Origin: Azolla caroliniana
Taxonomy: Eukaryota > Plantae > Polypodiophyta
DNA length: 64,000 nt
Assembly (NCBI GenBank): GCA_043228905.1
Contig: JBHGNT010000003.1
Location: 22,072,001 to 22,136,000, forward strand
Direction: 5' to 3'
The position numbers were made by a program, and so were the translations under genes. Under the pieces are notes generated by a model, which made no database searches, had not been told where the DNA came from, and saw nothing but the letters and a program-made list of their open reading frames with translations. Positions 1-12,640 of the stretch are shown here, one piece after another (the first letter of the stretch is position 1; every line of letters begins with the position of its first letter).

Positions 1-913
1 TCATTGAGTTTAATTTCAAGGTGACGTAATAAGTTGAGATGAGTTGAAATGAGTTTCATTTTGCAAAATTCCAAACCTTCAATTGATCATATTGACACAA
101 TATGGATAATCATTATAGGGTCACTCTTGTGGATGATTCCTTCACATTTTTGCATGCACATAAAAACTGCATTTGCAAGATGTATTTGCATGACTTCAAG
201 ATTGTGAGTCAATCTATTTGTATAAATTAGTTTAGATTGCTCAATAAAAATCATTCTATTGATAATGAATTAAGTCTAATTTGGATTCATGTATCTAATT
301 GTTGGAACTTGGCTCATTGAGTGGTTCTATTATAGGAATCTAGATAAATTTAAGTGTAGGGCGTCTCAAATGTGACATTTCGATATGCGATTGGAAGTGA
401 ATCACCTACACTTTCAACCTTTTTCATTGCTACCATTGTAGGACGTCTTACATTGTCGCCACTTATTCACCCTTAAAAGGGAAGGAGAAACAAAATGTCT
501 TAAAAGTTGGATTGCCTAGAATCACATTTGTTTGCCCAAACGGATGTAGGTGCAACAAGGTTGATTCTTCTAGCCATGATTGCTTGTAGGTTTATCTTTC
601 TTCACAATGAATTTGTTTAAAACTACTTGAATTCAAATTTGTTGCCGTTAAATTCTAAATAAGTGGAATGTTGTTAACATCCACACATCTAGGCAGGCGT
701 TTTTCCAATTGTCTTCAAATTTGGATCCTTTTATTGCTACATTTTCCATTCCCATTAACATGTTCTCTCAACTTGATCCTCATTTTGTAGAGTGTAATCA
801 TTTGTAATCTTCATGCATGTTTCACCAACGTCAATGTTTGATACTCCAACCCTCCATGCTACCTCACAAGTGATAGGTTCCAATGTTTTTGTTCTTTTAC
901 TTGTCATTTTTAG

Positions 914-1012
914 TGTTACGGGCATGACCATATAATATCCCGTGGTAAGAATTTACCAAGAATACTACGGTAAATTCTTACCACGGGATATTATATGGTC
1001 ATGCCCGTAACA
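914..1012. mobile_element. 99-bp perfect fold-back (MITE-like) element with TGT...ACA termini and 5-bp TSD
   Basis: 914-957 (TGTTACGGGCATGACCATATAATATCCCGTGGTAAGAATTTACC) is the exact reverse complement of 969-1012, with an 11-nt loop. The direct repeat TTTAG flanks it at 909-913 and 1013-1017. Confidence 0.85.
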
Positions 1013-4000
1013 TTTAGGATGATCACTTGCCATCCAAAATATTGTTTGCAAGCCAATCATTCATATTGTCACACCTTTCATGATATTGTGGCCCAATTTC
1101 ACCATATCTATCATTTAGGGCACAATTACATACAATTACATTTTGATGTAATATTTCTAAGTTGTCATCTCATGGTATATGTACATATAGTTGGCATGTG
1201 GATTAAATGACAATGTCCCCAACATTGGTAGTAAGTTGGATTAGATTAGTGTAGCAGTATACTCTCACTTGCGGCTTGAATTGCTTCATAACATTGGGAT
1301 TTGTTGTTGATGACTTACATAACTCCCTTTGAGACATTAACACTTTTTAAGTTTGACAAAACTAACAAGGATTTTCAATATGAAGTTTATGAGACTATAA
1401 AAGGGCGGGCACTTCAAAATTTCAAATCTCCTCGTGGATAGATATTCATTTTTTTATCTTTCTAAGAAAACATATTTGAAGATTTGCCCATTGGATTTCC
1501 ACATCATGCGAGTTCGAAAATTTCCATCTACTACAAGTCTACATGTTAAAAACTGATTTGCTATTCAGCCTTGAGTTGAATGTATTTTGAGCGGATAAAA
1601 CATGGCATGGATTTATTTTTATTTCATTGATATTGGACTAGGACAAATTTTAAAAAATCCAAAACATGGTGAATTAAATTGAACTATAAAAGTAAATCCA
1701 AAACATTAATATGGGTTCCTATTTTTTGTTGTTGTTCATCACACTCCTTGACCCTCACACATATTCATATATACATTTTCTCAAAAAAACTATAAAAGAA
1801 ATGTTGGATCGACCTTCACTACACTCACTCTTTCATGCCTCTCAATAAGCTAAGGTAGATGTATTCTATTCTATTCGGTAGAAATAATGCTACCATATCA
1901 CATCTCTGCCACATTATGTACCAAAGTTTAAAGAGATTGAATTTGTTAAAAGGATTCACATTTTCAACCAAAACACAATGTAACTGGCTATTTTCTAATT
2001 TTCTCTTGGGCTTGTGTCCATCATTGGATACGTCTCATGCTTCTCAAAGGCTTCATCTCGATGTAAGCATTATTTGGTATATCATCTAGAAATTCCACCC
2101 ACCTCACAAGCGAGAAGTTTCTTATTTAAATTGGACGAAAATAGATGGAGCATGCGTCAAACTTCTCAAAGGATTGTTCCCATATGAAATGCTACTAAAA
2201 AATCACACCCTCTCACACACACCCATAGACACCAACATGTACAAAGCTCGAATATATATGTTGCGTTTGGATGTCCATCCAAGTCTTGAATAAATACAAG
2301 CACACGTGCATTACACATTTGTAACCAAGTTATTACGAGGTGGCATGGCAAGTGTGACCAAATATTTCTCCTTTTGTGTTACCAACCAAGACTTTATCTA
2401 CAATATAAGTAGCCTGTGATTTCCACATCTTTTCTTGCACATATGTCAAAGAGAAAGTATAAATACCTTTATATTGATGGGGAGTCGAGATTTCTCTGGT
2501 TTTTTCTCAAGCGTGCGGAGATAAAGGGTATCATATTTTTTATTAATTTCGATTTGAATAATAGAACAAATAAATAAATAAATGTGAAGCCTAGGTCTGC
2601 AATATTGTGGAAACTAGAAGTATAAAAACGTTGAATATTTAGTAGCAGAATAATTGATAGAAAAGCATTTTGTTTTATTTGACGATTATTATAACTGAAA
2701 AACGAATTTTGGAACACAAAAACACAAAAGACAAATAAATAATTTGGTAGAACCGCGTAATTTTCCGTACTGAACACGGAAACCGTACGGATTCGGATGG
2801 TACGGACTCACCAACCAAGACCGATAAAATGCTATTTTTATATTTATTTTTTTAATGTTTAGTTTTCGCCAAAAAAATAAAATAAACCTACCACCTCCGT
2901 TTTTTTCTTTTTTTTGGTCTCCATCGAAGAAGATAAAAATAAAGAAATAAATAAACAGGGAATATACTTGTGATCGAAAGCTACCAAACTCTTTGTTTCT
3001 TTATGCATTAATTTTTTTATTCTTCTGAAAAATAAACTAAAGTACTGCCACGTACGAAAGTACTTACCGTACGCCCTAAAAGTCAGCCTTAACAAAAACT
3101 GACGTTAGGTACACCGACCGTACAGTTCATCTGTCAGTAATCACGCTTACTAAATGAATATTTTTACTTTATTTATCATCCAAAAAACGAATTATATATA
3201 CATATATAATGAATATTATTTTTGTTCCTCTTATTTCATATAAGGAATAGAGAGCATATGTATCATGTGTTGAGCCTACTTTGGCTAAAGTGTATATGCA
3301 TCTTTTTGTGTATGCACTTAGTGTTGTAGCACTAGTGAAGGCCAAAGTGTTACTAAAAAAAAGAAGCACTAGTGAAGGCGTAGGGGCATCTTTGCATTTT
3401 GTGTGTGAATCCATTTTGTGAGAATTGCCCCTCCAATGCGCCTCGGCCCACTCTTTAATATCTCATAGGCATTCATAACCGATTGCATTCCATCGATCCA
3501 TGCATGCTCTCCCACTACACTTGCATTCATATAAGTTTCCCAACAAACATACTATGCACATGTGGAGTAGTTTGCATGTCGGCAGGATGAATCTGTCTAA
3601 TCTAAGGTAATTGATGTTATGTTACCTCCCCCGTATATATAATTCACACTTGAAATAAAGTAGAGGTGTAATTTGCTTTACCGGCTAACATTATGGAAAG
3701 ACCAGCTTCACCAAACTTCTAGCCTTATCCAAACCGGCGCAAATTTCTCTACCATGAAAGTCGATGTATGTCAAAACATATCAGCAAGGAGAGTAATGAT
3801 ATATGAATGTTGATTAGTTAGAATATTGTACTAATTTGTGTTTGTCATTTACTTTCTATACAAACTAGACACGAGGAACCACATTGTGTGTACACTTAAA
3901 CATATGTAACCACTATGTCAAGACATGGTGTGGAAAGTTTAATTAACGTCAACATTAGTATCAAAATACCCTTTCAATATTGTCCAATCTATGGAGCATC

Positions 4001-6295
4001 ATTTACAACTAAAGTGAAAGTGAATGAGTTGAGTGGAATATGAGGTAAGTATTCAAATGTTGACTTCCATGATATTCGTTAGGGTTAGGAACATACATAA
4101 CACCCACATATAGTAGTTGGAGTATCATTTGCCAATAAGATATATAAGCTAGGTATTGTGATGTTTATTTCTCTACATTGAAGTGCAATAATTTGATTGC
4201 TAGGGTCATAAGGTTTTGTAACCAACTAACCTTACACATTCAATCCTTGTAGCTACGGGAAACATGTAGCCTACATGTTTACAACTTCCTTTTCAATCCA
4301 ATTTCTAGTTGTGGAAATCATGGGTAAGGCAATGAGTTTAACTCCCATCTCAAGGATGAGTCAAAAGATTTTGATGGGAGCACATGTATGGATACTGGGC
4401 GGTTACGAAGTTCATAACTATGCCCAACTTGAACAAGTTTGATTAGAAATAAGGGTTTTAAAGTTGAATTCAAACGGGAAAGATTGTATGATTTTGAATC
4501 ATGCTTGATTTTATAAATAAAAAAATTACGATTACAAACTCATGACAAATCAACATAAATACAACATTGAATGCAACAACCTAAGATGCAGAAAATGTAT
4601 GTACCACTTCTAGCCATTTATCTCTATCATGGTTCATGACTATAGTCTATGTGTAATATTATTGTCTCTAGATGAGAGTTTTTTTTTTCCCAAAAAAAGA
4701 GCTACTTTGTCAAGAGTTGATTTATGTAATCTCTTTGTGTCATGTGTATTCAATGCCTCTAAGGTTTACATGAATAAATAGTCAAGAGAATATCAATATT
4801 ACATATGGTATTGGTCCTTCTACTCCTACCCTTTTTTTAAAAACTATCACATTATTTATGTCCAAGGTCAAAAGTAGTTATATGTGGCATGCTTAAAATC
4901 ATACATGTAATATTGTACAAAATCAACCAATTCATTAGGAGAAAGATATGTGGATTTCAAGGGAATTATGTGATTGATGTTTAATTAGACTCGCCTCATG
5001 AGCAATGCTCTTATAATTATCATTAACCACAACATGCAAACTCTAATAAAACAAAATTAGTATGATTTTTTTTTAATGCAAAAATGTAAGATAAATCAAA
5101 CCGTGGATGCCTAGAAAACTTGACTTGCATGAGTTTGTCACATGCAAATTGATATTATTACACCTTTCCAACTAATCCTCTTTGGCAGAACACACAAGTT
5201 GCTCAATGCTATGTTAAGAACACGCATCGACCAATTGTTTTTCAGACATAAAGATAGATAGATATCATTTTTACATCTAGTGGAGGGTGATTGCGATCTA
5301 TGGGATGATAGAATGTCGTCACAATAGTTGTGAAAAAAAGGTTGTGATCCTAAATGGAAAACTCATATAAATTGATATGAAGTTGAAAATGGAGGAAATT
5401 GTAATCCAATTTCAATTTGACATGATTTAACCATCGTTTTACTTATTTTAAAATTGTAATGTTCATAAATGTGATTACAATTGTTTTGACGAACCCTCCT
5501 TCGTCTTATGAAATGAGATATCACATTTTATTTAAAAATATTGAAAATACGTTTAAAAGAAGTTCAATCTAATAACATGAATAGCGCATGATAAGCAATA
5601 ACAGTATCACATCGATCATGCATATTTGATGACTCGACAATCCCCCCATATATTTATATATGTTAATATTGGATATTTGATCAAACATTAGGACTTGTGA
5701 GTCATATCATAATGGTGTAGTGACATTGGATGGTTTATTATATAGGTCTACATATGTTTTCTAGATGGCGTGACTAATACTTCATTTCTCTTGATTGTAT
5801 GTTTTATATTTTGTGTGTGTGCATTTACATAAAGAATTAAAGTCAATTTGGTTACTCACAAATTCACTTTGCATGAATAAGATGAAAAACAAAATGCTTT
5901 AGACAAATATATTTGCCGAACATAGTTACTTATAAAAATGGCAACCTAAACATAACCTAGTTTTCTCTTATTGAGGAATGCCATTTATATTCCCATATGA
6001 TTATGTACACGGTTTTATACATTCATTTTTTTAATTGTCTTATTTTCTTTTGGTATAAACGGAACCAAACGATGGATTGTGATAGAGCTTACCTTGAACT
6101 AACTTTAACACGAAGGCAAGGAACTCAAAAAGGAGAAGACTGAATGGATACATCAAACGATAGGAACATAACATAATATTTAAATCTAAATGATTTGTAA
6201 AACTAATCCTCTACATTAGACCTTAGAATACCCAACACATTTTGTATGTAATTAAAATCTGAACAATATATAGTAAACACCAATAGCAATACAAA

Positions 6296-6366
6296 CAATT
6301 CTACCAAGGTTTGAACCTAGAATCTCTTGTTTTGAAGGTCAACACCCTATATAGGGCCAGAGAACA
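6296..6366 (-). pseudogene. decayed tRNA-Arg(ACG) copy
   Basis: ctaccaaggtttgaacctagaatctcttgttttgaaggtcaacaccctatatagggccagagaac aligns end to end with the intact tRNA at 7838-7910. Many differences are transitions; the anticodon and stems are disrupted. Confidence 0.75.
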
Positions 6367-7278
6367 TTAATTTTTAATTAAATAATGCAATAAAAAAGCT
6401 ATGAAAATTGAAATACCAATCCAAACTACATATATGTTAAACAAAACTAAGGCAAATTTAAACCTCAAAGGCCATATAACATCCTTTAACCTTTAGAATT
6501 AACCTATAAAGCACATGGTGTTCTAATGGTAAGCCTTGTGTTTTGTTATGCATCGGAGCTATGGACATTAGCTTGGGCATTGTCCAATCACCATAAAAAT
6601 AATATGTTTTCAATGATATCACATGCAATGTGTGGCAGTTTGAATATTCTAGTTCTAGGTTGGTTGGGTAATGTTATAATTTTCTTTCCATGGCTCAAGG
6701 TGAATAATGTAATCTCGTTTTGAGATAGACTCATAGTTTGTTCCTAAACTTTGGCTTTTCCATATATGTCCAAGGTGTAAACACGTTCTTGTTTTGTGAG
6801 TTCAACTAAGAGCTCACTCATGAAAATGGGTTTTATTGATCACTATCCACCATGTAATGTGGGTGACATACATATATTTCCGTCTTGAGATCAATTTCCA
6901 TGGTCCCAGGTATTGTATTTGATCATTTTGAGTTTAAATGATAGTTTAGTCCTAAAAACTAGAAAAACAATCCATTGTCCAAGATAAACTAACTGAACTA
7001 TCAACTAATCAAATGCTAAAAACGTACATTAAACGTGTTAACATACCAAGCATAACTACATTTTGATTTTGAGATAAACTATCAACTAATAGTTAGCTCA
7101 TAAAAACTCCGAGTTACAAGCCACTTTTGACAATCCTTTGACGCAACACAACAAAATGTAAACAAATCAAACGCAAGTTGTGAACTAACGTCACAAACTT
7201 CTCCATACATGATATTTCAAGGATTACATAGTCATAAAGAAGTATTTAAAAAATCTTCTTTAAATGACCTAGAACCAG

Positions 7279-7490
7279 GATTATTACCGAAGGTTGAACT
7301 TGGAATCTCCAATGTTATAAACAAAATTCAAATTGTGCACTACACTTCATATGATTTAAGACAAATTGGTCTATCAATGTAATCAAGTATGTATTGAAAA
7401 ATCATGGGAAATTAAGAAAAACAAAAGGAAATCATAATAATAATCCTAGCAGAGTTTTGACTTGGAACCATAGTTTCATAAACATGCCCA
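7279..7490 (-). pseudogene. two further partial, highly decayed tRNA-Arg copies (~7279-7322 and ~7442-7490)
   Basis: ttaccgaaggttgaacttggaatctc and aatcctagcagagttttgacttggaaccatagtttcataaac resemble the acceptor/T-arm half of the intact tRNA. Flanking sequence (caaatt..tctac/tcaatgtaa) is also repeated near 7362, 7748 and 7807. Confidence 0.5.
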
Positions 7491-7837
7491 ATAAAAATTA
7501 TGAGCTAATAGTGTGATAAAATTGTTCTAGAAATTAACGAGTGTAACAATTACTACAAACTATTCTATCGAAGGAACCATTTATTTAAAACACTTGTGGC
7601 AAACAAATCGACATGTATATAGAGATAATCCTATGATGTGAAGATCCACTATCATGAATAAACGTAATGAAACCTGTAGTCTACTACTTGTAGACATTAC
7701 CCGAGATTCCTATTTACAACTATAAATGGGAAGTAGATATGTACTGAAATTGTTTTACCAATGTAACTTAAAATATGAAAAGTAATTTAAAAATGATCAT
7801 AGAACACAAATTTGCTCTACCAATGTAACAAGGAAAA

Positions 7838-7910
7838 CGATCCTACCAGGGGTCGAACCTGGAATCTCTGGTTTCGTAGACCAGCGCCTTATCCATTGGG
7901 CCATAGGACC
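7838..7910 (-). tRNA. trnR-ACG: tRNA-Arg, anticodon ACG
   Basis: Minus strand reads GGTCCTATGGCCCAATGGATAAGGCGCTGGTCTACGAAACCAGAGATTCCAGGTTCGACCCCTGGTAGGATCG. Acceptor stem GGTCCTA/TAGGATC, anticodon stem CTGGT/ACCAG with loop CT-ACG-AA, TTCGA T-loop; 73 nt followed by TTTT (Pol III terminator, 7834-7837). Confidence 0.97.
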
Positions 7911-8832
7911 ATGTTATTACAAATTTCAATTATTAAACCCAAATATAATTATTATTAATGAACTTGTCAAAGGTTTTTTTATTTATCGTTCATTCGTAGA
8001 TCATTGCTTTAACGAATCCAGCTTGCGAATATTCAAAATTATAGAAGAAGAGCAGACAAAAAATCCCGCATATAGATCCTGATTCATTTTCTATTAATCT
8101 GTCCTTCCTTGGTGTTGGTTCTATTTACTTCATCGCTTTTTATATCAATAATTAAGGGTGCAAACGTGAACTTCAGCTTTGGAAATTGGAACCAACATGG
8201 GTTCAAGTCTTCCTCATGGTTTTACAATGATTTTCAAGGGCAAATTTGTGAAATTCGACTTTAAATCCAGCATGGCTCCAAGCTAATCTTTTTATTGATT
8301 TTCCTGTTGGTTCAACACCAGCATAGGATCTAATTACTTTTTCAGTGCCATGCTCTGTAAAAGTGTAAAGGTCCATACTATGAACTCTTTTTATTCTGTA
8401 TCAATTTTGAAGTCCGAAGATTTGATATATACATAACCATCATGATTTTCAATAGTACTAAAGAAAATAATAACATCCTTAAGTATTTAACTTCCAATAA
8501 ACCAAGTATGATTTATTTAGCAATAAACTTTCTGGCATTTTGAATTTGATGCATCCAATACTTTAACAAATGAAATACAGGACACGAGGTTGTCTTCATG
8601 TATAATTGACGGAGTTGTTGTTTTGGGCCCATCAAAGAAGCTTGTAAAAAAAACAACACAGTAAGAATAGATGATCCATGAACAAATGAGGATTTGAATC
8701 CTGTTTGTTTTCCAGCAAACAAAGCTAGTGATAAGGATTATATTCAACGGGATTGAATCCTTTATGCTTGCCCCATTCTGATCGTCTACATTAGTTCACT
8801 TGGTCAGACATGAATTCTGGAATCAATGACCT

Positions 8833-9016
8833 CCTGCCAACACCAGCTAAGAAGCTATCTGCCACTTTTTTTTGCAGCAAACGACTTTGCACCATATCAA
8901 CCAGGATACCATCCCTTCACATAGTTTTGTGACAAATGATATTGTGCCACATCAGCCAAGAAGCTATCCGACCTACATTCTTTGCAATCAATGTCTTTGG
9001 GCCACATCAGCATGGC
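8833..9016. repeat. degenerate ~55-bp tandem repeat with GCCACATCAGC / AGAAGCTATC core
   Basis: gccaacaccagctaagaagctatc (~8836), gcaccatatcaacc (~8889), gccacatcagccaagaagctatcc (~8946), gccacatcagc (9001). Confidence 0.5.
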
Positions 9017-9424
9017 TTTCCCTCCGAGCATTAAGTCTAAAACTCGATATTTTTTCATTAATCTGAAATCATGCCAATAAAAACCAAGATAATGAAGGGC
9101 TTCACTACTGATTCATTTTTCGTGGCCACTGAATAAGTAACATGGATTTCCATTTGAGCAATTAGGTAGTTCTGAGTGCCACCTAATAAATGCAGACCAA
9201 CAAGAGTGCAGTTTTGTTCCACACCAGCACAAATTTCCATTTTATTACAGTCTGAGCTTTTTGTAAAAGATTCTGGAGACTTCATGTACATTGTTTTATT
9301 CATCATGCCAGTTAGGACAAATGGGCTATGTGTGGAAGAGCATTACTCATAAACATTCTTCAGAAAAATGATATCATGTCATATGAACAATTATTTCAAA
9401 TGAGCATTCACTCGTAGAACTAGT

Positions 9425-9695
9425 CTATGAAATGTTGGAGGCTTCCTCATTCATCACACATTCTGTGCATTTTTACTTCCAAACATTTTATACGACCAAT
9501 GATTTGTGTCACAGCAGCATGGATTTCCATTGAGCATTTAATCTGGGAATCTGTGCATCCCATTCTGGAGGCTTCCTCATTCATCACACATTCTGTGCAT
9601 TTTTTTATATCACCAGTGATTTTGTGTCACAGCAGCATGGATTTCAATTGAACCTATGAAATTCTGGAGCCTTCCTCATTCATCAACCACATTGC
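9425..9695. repeat. tandem partial duplications of the PPR stop-codon region and 3' UTR
   Basis: tggag(g/c)cttcctcattcatca occurs at ~9436, ~9566 and ~9665 (the last is coding). tttgtgtcacagcagcatggatttc occurs at ~9503 and ~9621. Confidence 0.85.
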
Positions 9696-11975
9696 TGTAT
9701 CCAGCATACCAGATAAGGCATACATATTGAAGAGCATTACTCTTGGTCCAGGATTTATTGGGTCTAAACGAAACAAATTGTTCGCAGCTCGTTCAGCTCT
9801 ATTTAGATCAATTTGATGCCTACAAGCACCAAGTAAACTCATCCATGTTGCAATAGTAGGTTCTTCGGGCATATGATCAATCAAACCTTCAGCCTCATTT
9901 AACAATCCAGCTCTTCCAAGCAAATCAACCATACATCCATAATGGTCCACAGATGCTTTAATTCCATACTTCTTCCCCATGCAATTGAACCAACAGCATC
10001 CTTCATTCACAAGTCCCGCATGGCTACATGCATTTAAAACACTTATGAATGTAACATCTGTTGGTATAACTCCGGAATCTTGCATTTGATTAAGCAATTC
10101 TAGAGTTTCCTCACCATTGCCATGTTGGGCATGACCTGCAATAAGCGCATTCCAAGTGATTACACTCCTTACTGACATCTTATCAAAGACAGATCTTGCA
10201 GCTTCAAGGCTTCCACACCTTCCATAGAAGCTAACAATAGTTGTCCCGACAATATCATCACACTCATATGCCTCCATTACAACCTCTAAATGCACTAATT
10301 CTCCTTCTATCAGGGCTGCCATATCTGCACACACATCAAGGATACTAATGCATGAAATTTTATCGGGTATAACACTTTCTAGATGCATCATGCCATATAA
10401 TTGGAAAGCTATATTCCCTTGTTCTTGTTGTGCATATGCACCAATCATTGAACTCCACGTTATTGAGTTCTTTCCTGGAAGTATGTCAAATAACCTCCTT
10501 GCCTCCTCCACTATACCACATTTGCAATACATATTCATAATGGCAGTTCCAACAGTAACATCAAACTCGAAGCCCTTTATAATGATTTGTGAATGTAATC
10601 GTTTTCCATTTGCAAGATTTTGAAGCCGAGCACATGCATCAAACATGCTCACGAAGGTCACATGATCTGGAATAAACCCCTCCCATTGCATTTGATAAAA
10701 GAATGCAAAAGCCTCTATACAAGAACCATGTTGAGCATGGGCAGCAATAATTGCATTCCAAGATACATTGTTTTTGTAAGGCATCATCTCAAACACTTCA
10801 CGTGATTTCTTCAAACAATCACATTTCCCATACATGTTAACCAAAGCTGTCAATAGGACAACATCAGGTTCAAACTGATAAGTCAAAATTTCAGCATGAA
10901 TGATTTCACCTTCTTTTAAGGCCGCAATGCCCGAACAAGCATCAAGAACTGATACAAAAGTAGCTGAGTTTGGTTCAACCTGATTTTCTTTCATTTTCTT
11001 GTAGAGCTGAATTGCTTCCATTCCTTCACCATGTTGAGCATAAGCTGAAATCATAGCATTCCATGAGATCACATTCCTTTCAAGCATTACATCAAAGACC
11101 TTGCGAGCCTCTCTTACATTTCCACACTTTGCATACATATTAACAAAAGAAGTGGCCACCACAACATCACAACCAATTTCAGTCCCAATAAGGCGTGTTC
11201 GTGTGCATGTCCCAACCACTAAATCCTTACTATTAGCACAAGCATCAAGTATTGATATAAATGTTACTTTGTTTGGCAACCCACTATGATTTAGCATCAA
11301 ATTGAACAACTTCAGAGCATCTTCCCCTTTTCCATGTTGGGCATATGCAGCAATGACAGCACTCCAAGAATACACATTTCTCACAATCATCTCATCAAAC
11401 ATGATCCGAGCAGCCTTCAAATCTCCACATTTTGAATACATGTTTACAATACAAGTTTCTAAGATGACATCATTCTCACATTCATCTCCCATGAGACTAA
11501 CCATATGCATATATTCTCCGATCATTAACAAAGATTGACTATTACAAAAAGAAAGGATAGTAACCAAAGTAAACTGGTTGGGTTCAACATCATAATCCCA
11601 CATTTCTCGGAATAGATCAAAAGCTATGTCAACGTGGCCGTGGCGAGCATGGGAACTAATTGTAACATTCCATGAAAATACATCTTTCATTTGCATCTTT
11701 GCAAACATAACACATGTGTCATGTAAAGAGCCACATCTACTATACATCTCCAGAAGCACATTTTGAAGGTAAAGAATGCGGTCATATCCATGAATTGCAA
11801 TATAAACATGAAGTCTCTTACCATGTGAAAGAAGGCGGCAACATCGAAGAAAAGGAATGTATGCATCGAGTTCAATACAAAGCTCTTTCTGATGAAAGTC
11901 TATGCCATAGCTAAGCTGCCTTTTGATTGAGAGAATACTTCTTCTGCTTCTTCCTGAAGCTTCCTTGCCAAACAT
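9654..11975 (-). CDS. PLS-class pentatricopeptide repeat protein with C-terminal E domains, no DYW (organellar RNA-editing specificity factor)
   Basis: Intronless 773-aa ORF with repeated P-L-S triplets (MYxKCG...A..VF..M..R.V.SWNA.I.A.AQHG). Ends in HYGCMVDLLGRAG followed by E1/E2 (WMSLLGACR...MLFNMYA). Confidence 0.93.
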   Translation of the reverse strand: MFGKEASGRSRRSILSIKRQLSYGIDFHQKELCIELDAYIPFLRCCRLLSHGKRLHVYIAIHGYDRILYLQNVLLEMYSRCGSLHDTCVMFAKMQMKDVFSWNVTISSHARHGHVDIAFDLFREMWDYDVEPNQFTLVTILSFCNSQSLLMIGEYMHMVSLMGDECENDVILETCIVNMYSKCGDLKAARIMFDEMIVRNVYSWSAVIAAYAQHGKGEDALKLFNLMLNHSGLPNKVTFISILDACANSKDLVVGTCTRTRLIGTEIGCDVVVATSFVNMYAKCGNVREARKVFDVMLERNVISWNAMISAYAQHGEGMEAIQLYKKMKENQVEPNSATFVSVLDACSGIAALKEGEIIHAEILTYQFEPDVVLLTALVNMYGKCDCLKKSREVFEMMPYKNNVSWNAIIAAHAQHGSCIEAFAFFYQMQWEGFIPDHVTFVSMFDACARLQNLANGKRLHSQIIIKGFEFDVTVGTAIMNMYCKCGIVEEARRLFDILPGKNSITWSSMIGAYAQQEQGNIAFQLYGMMHLESVIPDKISCISILDVCADMAALIEGELVHLEVVMEAYECDDIVGTTIVSFYGRCGSLEAARSVFDKMSVRSVITWNALIAGHAQHGNGEETLELLNQMQDSGVIPTDVTFISVLNACSHAGLVNEGCCWFNCMGKKYGIKASVDHYGCMVDLLGRAGLLNEAEGLIDHMPEEPTIATWMSLLGACRHQIDLNRAERAANNLFRLDPINPGPRVMLFNMYALSGMLDTAMWLMNEEGSRIS

Positions 11976-12606
11976 AGGCTCTACATATGTTTAGAACAAT
12001 GGAATCACTACGTTTTATGAGGATTTTTCAGGCCATAACCTCATGAAATTTGAAGTTTTAGAGCTTTGAATTTCAGATACATATGTTTATCTTCATCATC
12101 TTCTTCTTGTGAGTCATTTTAACACGGTCTGATACTTCTGCTGCTGCATTTTAGCACGGTTTTATATGAATTTTAACATGGTTTTGATGTCTTCTCCATA
12201 TTAACATATCTCCATATCCACATTCAGATAAAAGACTTTCAATAGCTCAGTAATCAGACCAACCGTCTCCATATCTGGGTAAAGTTTGAACCTGATATTA
12301 TATAGAGGGAAGCAAAACAATTGTGAAAAAAGTCCTTTGCTTTTCTTAGTGTACAGAAGCATGCTTATCTCAAACCTCGAAGCCCTAATTCTAACCCTAA
12401 CCCCAAAACCCGTGTCGTAGATCAAGCCAGGATCAAGATTTCAAATAGCCCTTTTGATTTTGGAGGGGGTTTTTCCACATTTGAGTGGGAAGGGTTTTGG
12501 AGCAAGCATTAAAATCTCACCCAAAAGTTTTGCAAGTAGGACATCCCTCTTGTGTGGTGCATGCTATTAGGGTTGCATTTTAGGTTCTTAAACTCGCAAA
12601 TATGGC

Positions 12607-12608
<2 letters not shown>

Positions 12609-12638
<30 letters not shown>
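12609..12638. repeat. (AC)n microsatellite
   Basis: Uninterrupted acac run. Confidence 0.95.

Positions 12639-12640
<2 letters not shown>

Noticed and set aside
1-2400. Decayed coding-like sequence on the minus strand, possibly an old transposon
   Set aside because: Frequent stops and no motif I can assign with confidence; needs TBLASTX/RepeatMasker.
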